Sequence record: MF158045
Length of the DNA stretch: 64,000 bases
From: Shigella phage Sf22
Reading direction: 5' to 3' (one strand)
Position 1 is the stretch's first letter. The number at the start of each line of letters is the position of its first letter. The notes beneath the pieces are model-generated. The model searched no databases and was not told the origin of the DNA. It saw only the letters and a list, made by a program, of their open reading frames with translations. Positions 42,746 through 52,912 of this stretch are shown here, piece after piece. Both the position numbers and the translations under genes were made by a program.

Positions 42746-42895
42746 TTACTGCATGACTGTGATAACTGTCATGATAACACGTTGAATTCCGAACGCAAGA
42801 AGACCTCCTGCTACGGCTGGAACAACGCCTAAACCCGCCAGTAAAATGCTACCAGATACTAATGCCGCGCTTGTAATACCTATGAATGGACTCAT
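42746..42895 (-). CDS. Small hydrophobic protein (49 aa) between 52 and motA
   Basis: MSPFIGITSAALVSGSILLAGLGVVPAVAGGLLAFGIQRVIMTVITVMQ; below the ORF-track size cut-off; start overlaps the gene 52 stop. Confidence 0.5.
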   Translation of the reverse strand: MSPFIGITSAALVSGSILLAGLGVVPAVAGGLLAFGIQRVIMTVITVMQ

Positions 42896-44220
42896 TTGAT
42901 TTCCTCTAAATCTTTGGTGTATTCTGTAACTACATCAGTAGTTTTCCAATATTCGTTTTCTTCTTTTTTAGCTTTAGCTTCTTCTGCAAGTTTCTTTGCT
43001 TCGTCGGAAGTCATATGAAAAATATTCATTCCGACTAGTTTATCAACATAAGAAGAATACATCTCAATTTTAGAAAGTTCTTCAGTCAGTTCTTTACGAG
43101 TTTTACCCTGTACAACAATTTCACCTGAAATTACTTTCTTAATGAAATGTGCCTTGGCAAAGGCTAAACGAAATGCTGATTCAGTTTCTTTAATTTTGTT
43201 ATCAATTCGTTTTTGGACATAAGTTTTACGAACTTCAACAAAGTCTTTAATTAAATCAACTACGTTATCGTAAACTTGTAGCTTTCCTTTCTCATTAATG
43301 ACTGTAATATTTTGGGAACGACGCTCAATCAACCCGAAGTCTTTCATAATTTTTGCATGGCGTTCTTCTTCGTTATCGCTCAAAGAATATTCTTTACGGA
43401 ATTTAACTTTGAATCCAAACCCGTGCTCACCGCAAGCATCATCCCATGTAATGAAGCCTTTATCTTCAAGCGGGTCTAAGATTTTACTCACATAAGTTTC
43501 ACGATCATACTTATACGGAATCTCGGTGATATGCATTTGAGTTCGTGAAGTAAACTTATATGTTCCACGAATTTCATATTGCCCATCAATTTCAACGACT
43601 TCACCACGAAATTCTGGGAATTCTACCTTCGGTTTAGTTACTTTCTTTCCTTGAAGAGCTTGCAGTACAGCTTTCTTAACAGAAGAAACACTATGAGGAA
43701 GAATGTAAGTTGCATAACCAGTTGCAATACCGGAAACACCATTAAGAAGAACAGTAGGAATAATAGGCAAATAGAAAGCAGGCGGAATGTGTTCTTTATC
43801 TTGATGTACCGGAGCATATTCAGTATCTTTATATACGTTATAGAAATTTTTACTTACACGAGCAAAAATATAACGACTTGCCGCTGCCTTTTGGACAGTA
43901 CGAGAACCAAAGTTTCCTTGACCATCTAACAGAGGAAAGTTATTATTCCAAGTATTAGCCATCAAAGCACCTGCATCTTGTGCAGAGTTTTCGCCATGGT
44001 GATATCCAAGGTCCGCTACACCGCCTGCAATAGAAGCGAGTTTGTGAAACTTATCTTTATTTCCTCGTGCCAAATCAAGAGCTCGAGCAATAACAAATCG
44101 TTGAACTGGCTTAAATCCGTCAATCATATTTGGGATAGCACGATTTTCAACCGTGTACATAGCATAAGCCAGTGCTTCATTATCAATGATACTTTTTAAA
44201 TCGCGATTATTCAGTTGCAT
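42892..44220 (-). CDS. 52: DNA topoisomerase II medium subunit
   Basis: 442 aa, MQLNNRDLKSIIDNEALAYAMYTVENRAIP... with GyrA/ParC-like motif; matches recalled T4 gp52. Confidence 0.95.
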   Translation of the reverse strand: MQLNNRDLKSIIDNEALAYAMYTVENRAIPNMIDGFKPVQRFVIARALDLARGNKDKFHKLASIAGGVADLGYHHGENSAQDAGALMANTWNNNFPLLDGQGNFGSRTVQKAAASRYIFARVSKNFYNVYKDTEYAPVHQDKEHIPPAFYLPIIPTVLLNGVSGIATGYATYILPHSVSSVKKAVLQALQGKKVTKPKVEFPEFRGEVVEIDGQYEIRGTYKFTSRTQMHITEIPYKYDRETYVSKILDPLEDKGFITWDDACGEHGFGFKVKFRKEYSLSDNEEERHAKIMKDFGLIERRSQNITVINEKGKLQVYDNVVDLIKDFVEVRKTYVQKRIDNKIKETESAFRLAFAKAHFIKKVISGEIVVQGKTRKELTEELSKIEMYSSYVDKLVGMNIFHMTSDEAKKLAEEAKAKKEENEYWKTTDVVTEYTKDLEEIK

Positions 44221-44224
44221 AAAT

Positions 44225-44365
44225 TTACCATACTAGTGAATGTAGTGCCATAATAACATCAGAAATGAAAAGCACGACTTGAATTAATCCGAACATTACT
44301 CCATAATATAGTGCTACCAATAAAGTAGCAAGGGCTAATGAATAGCCCAAGATTTTCTTAATCAT
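44225..44365 (-). CDS. Small hydrophobic protein (46 aa)
   Basis: MIKKILGYSLALATLLVALYYGVMFGLIQVVLFISDVIMALHSLVW; hand-translated, not in ORF track. Confidence 0.4.
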   Translation of the reverse strand: MIKKILGYSLALATLLVALYYGVMFGLIQVVLFISDVIMALHSLVW

Positions 44366-44516
44366 TAGTAGATAACAACACAAATGTTAAATATGCACAC
44401 ATACCCTGGGCTAAAGCTTGTGAAAACACACTGCTAGCATCGATACAGATAGTTAAAACACATGCTACTATCCAACAAATAAATGAAATAACTCCTAATA
44501 ATTTTGCGATATTCAT
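44358..44516 (-). CDS. Small membrane protein (52 aa; start moved to MNIAKLLG)
   Basis: GAGGAG RBS upstream of the internal ATG; paralogous to the next ORF. Confidence 0.5.
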   Translation of the reverse strand: MNIAKLLGVISFICWIVACVLTICIDASSVFSQALAQGMCAYLTFVLLSTND

Positions 44517-44526
44517 AATATTCTCC

Positions 44527-44682
44527 TCAACTATTTTTAGAACCAATGTACGCGAATAATGATAAAATCGCTAATACACCCTGAGCTGATGCTTGCAAAA
44601 ATACTGAAGTTTCTCCAGTTATTACTGTTCCGATGCATAAAAAGAACCAACAGAAAAAGGCTATACCGTGAACAAATTTCAT
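44527..44682 (-). CDS. Small membrane protein (51 aa), ac-like by position and size
   Basis: MKFVHGIAFFCWFFLCIGTVITGETSVFLQASAQGVLAILSLFAYIGSKNS; shares an S[VS]F.QA.AQG motif with the preceding ORF. Confidence 0.5.
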   Translation of the reverse strand: MKFVHGIAFFCWFFLCIGTVITGETSVFLQASAQGVLAILSLFAYIGSKNS

Positions 44683-44689
44683 ATTTTCC

Positions 44690-44770
44690 TCACTGGCGTC
44701 CGAAGACGCCTTTGGTTTTAAGATTGTTACGATAAAACTGCATCACATGTTCGTTATGGAAATTACTCAT
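44690..44770 (-). CDS. stp: Stp peptide (26 aa), activator of the host PrrC anticodon nuclease
   Basis: Hand-translated [26 protein letters not shown] matches recalled T4 Stp; lies between ndd and the ac-like ORF. Confidence 0.8.
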
Positions 44771-45213
44771 TAATATGCCTGCAAAACAAATTTAAAGTTA
44801 TCAGCCAACATACGGTTCATTTCTTCAAGTGTTTGATACTCAGAATGATGATTACGAGTAAACGCTAAAGCTAACTGACCTTTTCCAAATCCCGTCGTCA
44901 GAGGTTTCATCTTAGAAGCAGGCAGATAAAACACCGTGTATACCATATTATTATTTGCAATAGTACGCGCAAGTTGAGACCGTCGTTGACGAATATGACT
45001 TAAAACCGCGCTGAATCCTTGCTTAGAACGCTGATTACCTACATAAAATCGTGCAGATACACATGAACCATCGAATTCACTTACTAAAAAGTAAAATCCA
45101 GGTTTAGACAAAATGTCTTTGTGTGGAGTTCCCAAAAACCACTCACCGCCCTTGATTGTACCAATAACAGTAGCGCCTGCGTTGTTCAGATCAGTAACAG
45201 CCATATATTTCAT
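44770..45213 (-). CDS. ndd: Nucleoid disruption protein
   Basis: Start set at [45 protein letters not shown]...; matches recalled T4 Ndd. Confidence 0.9.
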
Positions 45214-45273
45214 TTTAATTTCCTCTAAATTATTTTCTACTCCAAGGCCGCATGAATACATACGGCCGATAAA

Positions 45274-45489
45274 TTAATCGTCGCAGTCGACGCTCAATTC
45301 CCAAAACTCTTCTACAGTATAAGTTTCAGTATCATTTTCAATACAGAAACGTTCATTACTGTTATTTGCTAAAGTAGCGTTAACTGTCGGTTTCTCGCTA
45401 GTGCTCTTAAGAGGTGAAATACGAATTAACTGATCACCGTTATCTAAACAAAAAATTTCACCAACTTTTACATCTTTAAAACTTTTCAT
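45274..45489 (-). CDS. Hypothetical protein (71 aa)
   Basis: ORF track. Confidence 0.5.
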   Translation of the reverse strand: MKSFKDVKVGEIFCLDNGDQLIRISPLKSTSEKPTVNATLANNSNERFCIENDTETYTVEEFWELSVDCDD

Positions 45490-45604
45490 AATTCACCTCA
45501 AGGAGTATAAAATCCAAATGCAGTTGTTGACCATCCCATCCAATATGGGAAATTTGCACCAATGTAAAACATAAGAATATAAAACCAACCGCTCAACAAA
45601 TTCA

Positions 45605-45823
45605 TCATTTTACACCATTCCAAATTGTTTCAACTACGGATTTTAAACCATTTTGATGAATATCCATTCCGACTACCGCCATCAAATAGATTCCAACTAC
45701 AACTGAACCTAAGGCAAAAATCAGCATGAAAATGAATAAAGCCGGAAAAATATTATCGAAAAACCATTCAATAAATGTAAAAGCACTACGTTTACGCTTC
45801 ATATTTTCCTCACATAAATCCAA
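45605..45823 (-). CDS. Hypothetical membrane protein (72 aa)
   Basis: ORF track; two predicted hydrophobic helices. Confidence 0.5.
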   Translation of the reverse strand: MDLCEENMKRKRSAFTFIEWFFDNIFPALFIFMLIFALGSVVVGIYLMAVVGMDIHQNGLKSVVETIWNGVK

Positions 45824-45923
45824 AGTAAACGTTTAATACATCAATCATTAAAACGATTGGGAATATACTCAAAACTATTAGTATTATAACTACATTCCAT
45901 ATAGCTTTAATAATCTTTTTCAT
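45810..45923 (-). CDS. Small membrane protein (37 aa; start moved to MKKIIKAIW)
   Basis: The 82-aa track ORF reads through a promoter; the internal ATG has a GGAGG RBS. Confidence 0.45.
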   Translation of the reverse strand: MKKIIKAIWNVVIILIVLSIFPIVLMIDVLNVYFGFM

Positions 45924-46166
45924 TTTCTGTTCCTCCGTAGTTGATAGGGTAATAGTACCACGGAAGAACAGTCTTGTAAACAACTTTTTTAAAAATATTC
46001 GTAATAAATGTGAATACCAACTACTACCGCTGAAACCTGTGCAACCCACCACGCGCAAGCAATAAGTACAGAATTCAAAATTTTCATAATAACCTCATTA
46101 CAAAAGTAAATGTTAAACAAATTACTGGAATACTAATTAACCAAACAAAACACCACCATAATGAAC

Positions 46167-46430
46167 TCATAGCTCAATCTCAGCGATTTTCATTTCATTA
46201 CTATTAATAGCCTCTTTAAGACTATCTGAAAGAATTACATTCCAGTGGTCATTCATATGACCATTAACTAAGCGTGTAATTTCTTCAGGAGTTGAAAAAT
46301 AAGGCTGATCAGACTCCCAATGCGATAATCCTAAGCGAGTATAAATCATGCCTTCATCATCGCTCGAATATTCAACTGACACAAACTCATCAGTTATTTT
46401 ATGTTTAGCGTAATAAAATTTAAATTTCAT
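46167..46430 (-). CDS. Hypothetical protein (87 aa; start moved to MKFKFYY)
   Basis: Conserved leader TTGGAGAATAAAATG. Confidence 0.5.
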   Translation of the reverse strand: MKFKFYYAKHKITDEFVSVEYSSDDEGMIYTRLGLSHWESDQPYFSTPEEITRLVNGHMNDHWNVILSDSLKEAINSNEMKIAEIEL

Positions 46431-46464
46431 TTTATTCTCCAAATCCGTATCAGTAGTTGATAGT

Positions 46465-46497
46465 TGTATAGTACCACGGTCCTTGTGGTATGTAAAC
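46465..46497 (-). promoter_or_regulatory. Early promoter (GTTTAC -35, TG-extended TACTAT -10) with conserved leader
   Basis: Near-identical module to the motA promoter at 42657-42689. Confidence 0.5.
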
Positions 46498-46512
46498 TGT
46501 TTTGTGAAATTT

Positions 46513-47070
46513 TTAAATGGAAAGATACCATCCGCTGTAGTTGCTTTTTCTTACAACTTTACGAAGGTCTTCTCTGTCACCGATGAACTTCGGAGTGTAC
46601 TGGATGACACCTGGATGAATTTCTTTAGTGTTGAATATAATTATACAGTCAGCGACTTGATGATTTAGAATGGGCCCTAGATTTATTCCAGAACCATATG
46701 GATACTCTCCGCTGCATCCTGTTGTTACCGAAATCCAACGCGAGTCAGTTTGATGTGTCTTAACTTCTACGCGAAGCCCGCAGTATTTTGGATGCGCCAA
46801 TACATCCCATGCATATGTGTACGGATCATCGACATCTTCTTGGCCTTTATTGACATATCCGCTTAGCCAATCTGCCACAAAAAACTCTGCGTACACAGCG
46901 ATACGGCATCTTTCGATAACTTCTGCCTTATCCTGATTTGGATTTTGTTTTAAAGAGTATCTTGCTGTATCAGCAATTTTGACCTTCATTTCACTAGTCA
47001 AGTCACTGTTCGATAGGGTAAATGTCGGAATCTGAAATAGTCTCCGTAAACCCGGATTCGTTTTCTGCAT
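46513..47070 (-). CDS. denB: Endonuclease IV
   Basis: 185 aa, MQKTNPGLRRLFQIPTFTLSNSDLTSEMKVKIADTARYSLKQNPNQDKAEVIERC... matches recalled T4 DenB. Confidence 0.9.
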   Translation of the reverse strand: MQKTNPGLRRLFQIPTFTLSNSDLTSEMKVKIADTARYSLKQNPNQDKAEVIERCRIAVYAEFFVADWLSGYVNKGQEDVDDPYTYAWDVLAHPKYCGLRVEVKTHQTDSRWISVTTGCSGEYPYGSGINLGPILNHQVADCIIIFNTKEIHPGVIQYTPKFIGDREDLRKVVRKSNYSGWYLSI

Positions 47071-47113
47071 TAAACTTTCCTTTATGTCGGAATCATAATT
47101 TCTCTTAAAACAA

Positions 47114-47129
47114 AAGGGCCGAAGCCCTT
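47114..47129 (-). terminator. Stem-loop AAGGGC-CGAA-GCCCTT, copy 1
   Basis: Perfect 6-bp stem with T-rich flank; identical copy at 47346-47361. Confidence 0.45.
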
Positions 47130-47132
47130 ATT

Positions 47133-47327
47133 TTATTTGAATTGTGCGATTCTTTTCTCTAGACACTCAGCATAAGATTTCATTGAGATGAACTGTGAAA
47201 GCAGCAGTTCTTGCTCAACTGCACTAACCGTTAGAAACTTTGTGCTTTCTAAAAATTTGCTCAGTGCATTAATTTTGAGCATTAATTGATCGTATTCTTC
47301 TTTTACTCGTGCTTGATAACCTAACAT
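47133..47327 (-). CDS. Hypothetical protein (64 aa)
   Basis: ORF track; bracketed by two identical hairpins. Confidence 0.5.
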   Translation of the reverse strand: MLGYQARVKEEYDQLMLKINALSKFLESTKFLTVSAVEQELLLSQFISMKSYAECLEKRIAQFK

Positions 47328-47345
47328 AATTTTCCTTAATATGAT

Positions 47346-47361
47346 AAGGGCCGAAGCCCTT
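47346..47361 (-). terminator. Stem-loop AAGGGC-CGAA-GCCCTT, copy 2
   Basis: Identical to the hairpin at 47114-47129. Confidence 0.45.
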
Positions 47362-48298
47362 ATTTAAATTGTTCAGTAACGTCTTCAACTACTTCGTATT
47401 GGCAGGTACGCATTTTAGCATCGTTGTAATCAATCGGAATTGATACTACATCACGCGGATGTACTTTAACTTTTACAACTCGGCTGGTTGAACTGCCAAA
47501 GTGACGAATATAAGATTTAGAACACACATGCAGACCACGAGAACAAGTTTGTGTATCATCGTCATTTACACGAGTACGTGGCATTTTAACTACTTTACCA
47601 GGACTGTTATCAAAGGTATTTGAGTGACAGTCAAAGTAATTGCTACGAACTACTTTCCAAGCATAGAAGTAACCATCTTCTGTAATTTCAATATCGTTTG
47701 CTACCAAGAAATCAAAGAGTCGAGATACCGCTTTCTGGCTTGGGTTTTCCAGCAGATTTTCCAAGAACGGAAAATAAAATTCAAAGTTTTCGCCTTTTTC
47801 CATCGAGTCAAGAATACGATCAACCAAACCAGACCGCAATTCGATATTTTGATAGAACAAGCTTCCACCTTCAATTCGAACATCGCCGGAAATATATTTT
47901 TCAACAGCGCGACGAACATTAATTTTTTGTGCCGCTTCTTCCAACTTATCTGCTACGAGCAGATTAAGAATTTCCTGGAAGTTTGAATGAGTATTAGGAG
48001 TTGCGTTATAAGTTACGCCATCAACAGTAATTGAAATGAATTTTTTAGATGCATTCCAAATAATGTCAGATTTAGCAACTGGAGCAATAACTGCATCGCT
48101 ATTAACTTTAACTGTAATATCACCGCTAATAGTAACTTTAGGGTGTTTAGCTTCTTCAGCATTTTTCAAAACACGACGGATTGTGTCAACCGATACATCC
48201 TTCCAATAAGCTAATTCCTGCTGAGTGTAATTACCACTTGAATACAGTTTAACAATTTCAGCTTGTTCGTTTTTGGTCAGGCATTTAATATTGTACAT
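47360..48298 (-). CDS. rIIB: rIIB protein
   Basis: 312 aa, MYNIKCLTKNEQAEIVKLYSSGNYTQQELA...; immediately downstream of rIIA. Confidence 0.95.
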   Translation of the reverse strand: MYNIKCLTKNEQAEIVKLYSSGNYTQQELAYWKDVSVDTIRRVLKNAEEAKHPKVTISGDITVKVNSDAVIAPVAKSDIIWNASKKFISITVDGVTYNATPNTHSNFQEILNLLVADKLEEAAQKINVRRAVEKYISGDVRIEGGSLFYQNIELRSGLVDRILDSMEKGENFEFYFPFLENLLENPSQKAVSRLFDFLVANDIEITEDGYFYAWKVVRSNYFDCHSNTFDNSPGKVVKMPRTRVNDDDTQTCSRGLHVCSKSYIRHFGSSTSRVVKVKVHPRDVVSIPIDYNDAKMRTCQYEVVEDVTEQFK

Positions 48299-48309
48299 AA
48301 TTTTCCTTA

Positions 48310-50487
48310 TTAGGCCGCAAGGGCCTTCATAGTTTTGGCGATTTGGGAAACTTCATCATCACTTAAAGAGTTGCGATATCCGATGAAGTCGGAAACAATA
48401 CGGAATTTCTTGGTAAACTCAGCAACCATTTTATCACTATTTTTTGAAGCATTACGTGATAATTCATCAAAAAGATTAGTTACCGTCCAGATGTCATGAC
48501 CGATGGTATCTTTTCCACCATTAAAATATACACCACGCAATGAACTAACTATATTAGCGAGTCGTGTATATTCTTCAGAAACTTCATCTGTACTGAAGTA
48601 CTTCATCATAAAATCTAGTTCAGGATACTTGATAATTTTATCAATATATCGTTGAGCTGAACTTGAATAACCTACGTACTTATCATAATCTACATCATCA
48701 AAAGCATCTACATATAAATCACGCAAAGCTTCAAAAATACATTGGCACTGACCGAGTTCTTTTACCTTTTTCTGTAAAAGCGGACGAATAACATAAAATT
48801 CATTAATGCCAATAAGATTAGCCATACGAATCAAAATATTCATAGATGGATGACAAAGAGATGTAGTACCATCCATAGAGAAAATATCAGAACGATGCAT
48901 ATACGCTACATACCCAGTAATTTCATCTGCTTCTGATGTGAGCGTAAATAATTCCTCTTTTTCCCAGCGCCCGTCTTTAATTTCAAACTTAAATGCTGTA
49001 GCAGCTTTAGGACGAGGAGCTTTACTTTTAACTATCTTTGGAATATAGCTTTTAACTAAAGCTTCAATTTCTGACAAATAATGAATGTTAACTTCATCAC
49101 TTTCAAACATCGCCATAATATCAGGAAGCAAATCAATCTGCGATTCTACTTCTGGATTAATAAACAGAAGGCGTTCGTTGTGATGAATATTCAAAGTGTT
49201 ATTAAATTCACTATCATCTAGCGCATGTGCTAATCCACGGACAATATTAACACGATTTTTAATATTATCAATAACGATATTAATTTTTGTTGTATTAATA
49301 CCAAACAGACGATAACTTGACGCAACGGCTGATGTTTCATGACTTTGCTTAATGCGTTTCAGTCGAGGGTCAAGATTTACTTCATACACAACTCCTGCAT
49401 TGCATAACTTACTGTCAGGTTCAAACATGCTCTGCATCTTTTTATATGACAGATTTTTAGTCGTGAATTTGACTGAATTACTAATCATATAATCTCGAGC
49501 AGAATACCCCATCTTCATTAATTCGCGATATGCGTGACGAGGAGATGTAGATTCTTTAAATCGTTTTACATCTTCATTAAATGCTTTCTCACTGAGTTCT
49601 TTAACTCGTTCAATGATATTTTTACGAGTGCGATCATCTAGTGAAAGAGCCTCGCGAGATGGAGCAATATCAAGTGAACCCATTGGAAACTTAATGTAAT
49701 TCACTTCATTGCGAATGCTTAGCCAGTTACGGTCTCTAATAACACCATCGATAGGATAAACAATACCGCCATAGATAGCATATAATCCACCACGATCAGG
49801 CCAGTATCTTTCTGGATTTACACCATAATAATCATCAAAATCAGGAAAATAATCAATTTCGCGGTCAAGACCATTAATGATAGCCAAATCTTTGAACGGT
49901 CGCATGATATAAGAAACTTCATAAGCAAAGTTTCTAAAGTCTTTTTCTTCAACTGGAACTACGATTTCAATACCAGTTTTATCATCTGGACCCATTTCTT
50001 TTACGAATGTAGGTTTAATCTGTGGGCCATCACCATCCATGTAAGCTACATAACCACGAATTTCACCTTTATGATACGAAGTAATACTAAACGTATCAGT
50101 ATAACTAAACGGAGATTTAGAACCTAAACCAAATCCGCCAATAAAGTCATTAGATTCAGCCTTAGATGAACTGAAGTATGAATTATACAGCCCAGGAGAA
50201 TTATCATCACCCTGAATATCAAAATCACTCATACCCGGACCAAAATCTCGACAAACAAATCGTGGATCTAATCGTCCTGGAACTTGAATGATAAATTTTT
50301 CAGGATTTCCATTAAGTGCATGAGCATCAATCATGTTAGTAATCAATTCACGGACTACTGCGCGAATCTTGTTTGTATACAAATCAGATGACAGAATTTT
50401 AAATACTTTAGGATTTGCTGCGATGCTAAATGCTTTTGATTTAGAACCATTGCCAAGAATTGTTTCTTTTTCAGTGGTGATAATCAT
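48310..50487 (-). CDS. rIIA: rIIA protein
   Basis: 725 aa; N-terminal GHKL-type ATPase-like region. Confidence 0.95.
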   Translation of the reverse strand: MIITTEKETILGNGSKSKAFSIAANPKVFKILSSDLYTNKIRAVVRELITNMIDAHALNGNPEKFIIQVPGRLDPRFVCRDFGPGMSDFDIQGDDNSPGLYNSYFSSSKAESNDFIGGFGLGSKSPFSYTDTFSITSYHKGEIRGYVAYMDGDGPQIKPTFVKEMGPDDKTGIEIVVPVEEKDFRNFAYEVSYIMRPFKDLAIINGLDREIDYFPDFDDYYGVNPERYWPDRGGLYAIYGGIVYPIDGVIRDRNWLSIRNEVNYIKFPMGSLDIAPSREALSLDDRTRKNIIERVKELSEKAFNEDVKRFKESTSPRHAYRELMKMGYSARDYMISNSVKFTTKNLSYKKMQSMFEPDSKLCNAGVVYEVNLDPRLKRIKQSHETSAVASSYRLFGINTTKINIVIDNIKNRVNIVRGLAHALDDSEFNNTLNIHHNERLLFINPEVESQIDLLPDIMAMFESDEVNIHYLSEIEALVKSYIPKIVKSKAPRPKAATAFKFEIKDGRWEKEELFTLTSEADEITGYVAYMHRSDIFSMDGTTSLCHPSMNILIRMANLIGINEFYVIRPLLQKKVKELGQCQCIFEALRDLYVDAFDDVDYDKYVGYSSSAQRYIDKIIKYPELDFMMKYFSTDEVSEEYTRLANIVSSLRGVYFNGGKDTIGHDIWTVTNLFDELSRNASKNSDKMVAEFTKKFRIVSDFIGYRNSLSDDEVSQIAKTMKALAA

Positions 50488-50497
50488 AATTTCCTCA

Positions 50498-50701
50498 TTA
50501 ATTCATATTACGTTTAATAACTTCAGCAACTTCTAGTAGTTCATCTTTAGTTGCGGTGTCGGATTGAATTTTATCTCTAATATCTTTAAAGCGGTTTTTA
50601 AATTCTTCGGCTTCTCCCATATCGAAAAAGCGTTGAATGATTCTATATTCTCGATGAACTGCTTTATCAAAAAGTTCTAAATTTACTCTATATGATTTCA
50701 T
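50498..50701 (-). CDS. Hypothetical protein (67 aa), rIIA.1 position
   Basis: ORF track. Confidence 0.55.
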   Translation of the reverse strand: MKSYRVNLELFDKAVHREYRIIQRFFDMGEAEEFKNRFKDIRDKIQSDTATKDELLEVAEVIKRNMN

Positions 50702-50755
50702 TTCAATATCCTCATTTGCCCAATTAATTATACCACATCCTTGTGGTAAAGTAAA

Positions 50756-52576
50756 CTACTGGCTCATCCATTCTTTACGAAGGTCAGCATTATCTCCCAT
50801 GAGCATTTCAAAAAGCTCTTTCCAATTCTCAGGAAGTTTAACAACATCATATACTGGATTTTGAATCATCTCACGATATTCAGATTTTTCCAAAGAGCCA
50901 AGTCCCTTAATATAACGGATGCTATGTTTAGGTAGAGCATCTTTGGCACTCTCATATTCAGCGACTGTATAAAACCATTCTTGTTTTTTACCGACCTGAG
51001 CGATGATTACAGGAGTTTTGACAAAGCGAATTCGTCCTTGCTCAAACAATTCTGGCCAATTACTAAAAAATCCGAGCAGAGAAGGATAAATGCTTCCTAA
51101 ACCATCATGGTCAGCATCAGTCATAATAGCAATATTATGATAATTCAAGTTTTCAGCTTTTTCACCGAGAACTAGACCAGTGATTGCGCAAATATCAAAT
51201 AATTCTTTGTTTTTAAGCATATCTGCATAAGACATACCCCAACTGTTGAGAACTTTACCACGCAATGGATAACCACCGTGAAGTTCTTTATCACGAACAT
51301 CAATAAGATATCCGATAGCCGAATCACCCTCAGTCAAGAAAAGAGTAGTATCAGCATCTTTACCGCAAAGATTCGCTTTGATATGTTTATGAACTTTAGC
51401 TTTAGAAGCCTTTTTAGCTGCTTTAGTTTCAGCTGCTTTTTCTGCTGCCAATTTACGGGCCAAGGCAGCTTCAATAATCGGCATTAAAATTGCTTCATTA
51501 TTTAGAATAGCGCGTGAAATCTTTTTAGCATCAAGCTGAATATGACTACGAATTTCGCCAAATGGAGAAGTCAAACGCTCTTTAGTTTGAGAATCAAATC
51601 GCATGTTTTTCATATCACGGACAAACATAACGATAGTCAAACATTCTTTGACACGTGCTTTAGTTACATCAATTTTGAACTTACGTTTGATTTGTGGAAT
51701 AAGGTCTTCACAAATATCATCCATAACACAGTCAATGTGATGGCCACCATTCTTAGTGTGAATGTTATTCACATAAGTTAATTGGCGAAATCCATCCGGT
51801 GAACGACCAACCGCAATAGAACAATTTTCTTGTTCTTGAACAATAGCATGTTCATCATACTGTCGTGCATATTTCTTAAAATTGCCCTGAACCTTTTTAC
51901 CATTAAAGGTAAATTGAATATCAGGATAAACTACTGCAAGTGTCTGGAGACGATCCAGTGTAATGTCAAGATAAACTTGGGACAGCTCATTAGTTTCAAA
52001 TGACATAAAATCTGGAATGAAAGTAACACGAGTTCCTTTCCATTTTCCAGGAATAGTTTCCCAGGATTTATTTTCCATGCCATTTGAACAACGAACTACA
52101 ATATTATTTTGACCATCGCCAGTTTCACCGACAAACATCACAGAAAAAATGTTAGTTAAACTAGAACCAACACCATTCATACCACCGGTGACACGTTCTT
52201 TATCATCACCAAAGTTACCACCCGCTTTTGGAATAGTCCAAGCAGCAACTGGACCAGGAATTTCTTCACCGGTAGGTGTTTTAACCATCGCTTGTGGAAT
52301 ACCACGACCGTTATCTTCAACTGTTACTTGATTGTTTTTGATAGTAACATTAATTTTATTTGCGAATTTAAACTTAGTACGAATACCTTCATCTACTGAG
52401 TTATCGATAATTTCATCAATAAGCTTAACAAGACCAGGTACATACTGAACACTTTCCCATTTACCAAACAGAAAGCGCTCATGCATTTCATTAGCAGAAG
52501 AGCCAATATACATGCCGCTACGCTTTTTGATATGTTCAATATCGCTCAGAATTTTAATTTCATTCTTAATCATCAC
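50756..52576 (-). CDS. 39: DNA topoisomerase II large (ATPase) subunit, single uninterrupted ORF
   Basis: 606 aa GyrB-like protein; continuous, so it covers the regions that T4 splits into genes 39 and 60. Confidence 0.93.
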   Translation of the reverse strand: MMIKNEIKILSDIEHIKKRSGMYIGSSANEMHERFLFGKWESVQYVPGLVKLIDEIIDNSVDEGIRTKFKFANKINVTIKNNQVTVEDNGRGIPQAMVKTPTGEEIPGPVAAWTIPKAGGNFGDDKERVTGGMNGVGSSLTNIFSVMFVGETGDGQNNIVVRCSNGMENKSWETIPGKWKGTRVTFIPDFMSFETNELSQVYLDITLDRLQTLAVVYPDIQFTFNGKKVQGNFKKYARQYDEHAIVQEQENCSIAVGRSPDGFRQLTYVNNIHTKNGGHHIDCVMDDICEDLIPQIKRKFKIDVTKARVKECLTIVMFVRDMKNMRFDSQTKERLTSPFGEIRSHIQLDAKKISRAILNNEAILMPIIEAALARKLAAEKAAETKAAKKASKAKVHKHIKANLCGKDADTTLFLTEGDSAIGYLIDVRDKELHGGYPLRGKVLNSWGMSYADMLKNKELFDICAITGLVLGEKAENLNYHNIAIMTDADHDGLGSIYPSLLGFFSNWPELFEQGRIRFVKTPVIIAQVGKKQEWFYTVAEYESAKDALPKHSIRYIKGLGSLEKSEYREMIQNPVYDVVKLPENWKELFEMLMGDNADLRKEWMSQ

Positions 52577-52625
52577 TTATCCTCGTTTGGTTTCGGGAAT
52601 ATTATACTCCGGTAATCATAAAGCT

Positions 52626-52643
52626 AAAGGCCCGAAGGCCTTT
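52626..52643 (-). terminator. Stem-loop AAAGGCC-CGAA-GGCCTTT
   Basis: Same hairpin as 5074-5091; lies between the lipoprotein ORF stop and the gene 39 start. Confidence 0.4.
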
Positions 52644-52912
52644 TATTTAAAACGAATAGTTGAATCCTTAAAGAACAGCCCAGAACATACTGTTCCTTCT
52701 ACTTTCTGCCCAGTAGGTCCAACAGCACGAAATCCAGTATGTTGGAAATCATTTTCAGAGCAACCAAACCAATTATATCCAGTGATTTCAATATTAGTAA
52801 AACCGCTTGATGACAAAATTTTGGTTGCATTATCAGCATCAGTACATCCTGCTAAAGACACTGCTAATACTAATGCTGCGATAGAACGATTAATATATTT
52901 CATAATTTTCAC
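52643..52912 (-). CDS. Predicted lipoprotein (89 aa)
   Basis: Signal peptide with lipobox LAGC. Confidence 0.55.
   Translation of the reverse strand: MKIMKYINRSIAALVLAVSLAGCTDADNATKILSSSGFTNIEITGYNWFGCSENDFQHTGFRAVGPTGQKVEGTVCSGLFFKDSTIRFK

Noticed and set aside
45810-46058. N-terminally extended versions of several track ORFs (45810-46058, 24327-24626, 9016-9393, 46167-46442, 54209-54397, 27348-27695, 16209-17369, 17386-17820, 44770-45261, 27942-28874)
   Set aside because: The extensions read through promoter or RBS sequence or begin at TTG/GTG inside the Shine-Dalgarno region; downstream ATG codons with proper RBS spacing match the expected protein N-termini.
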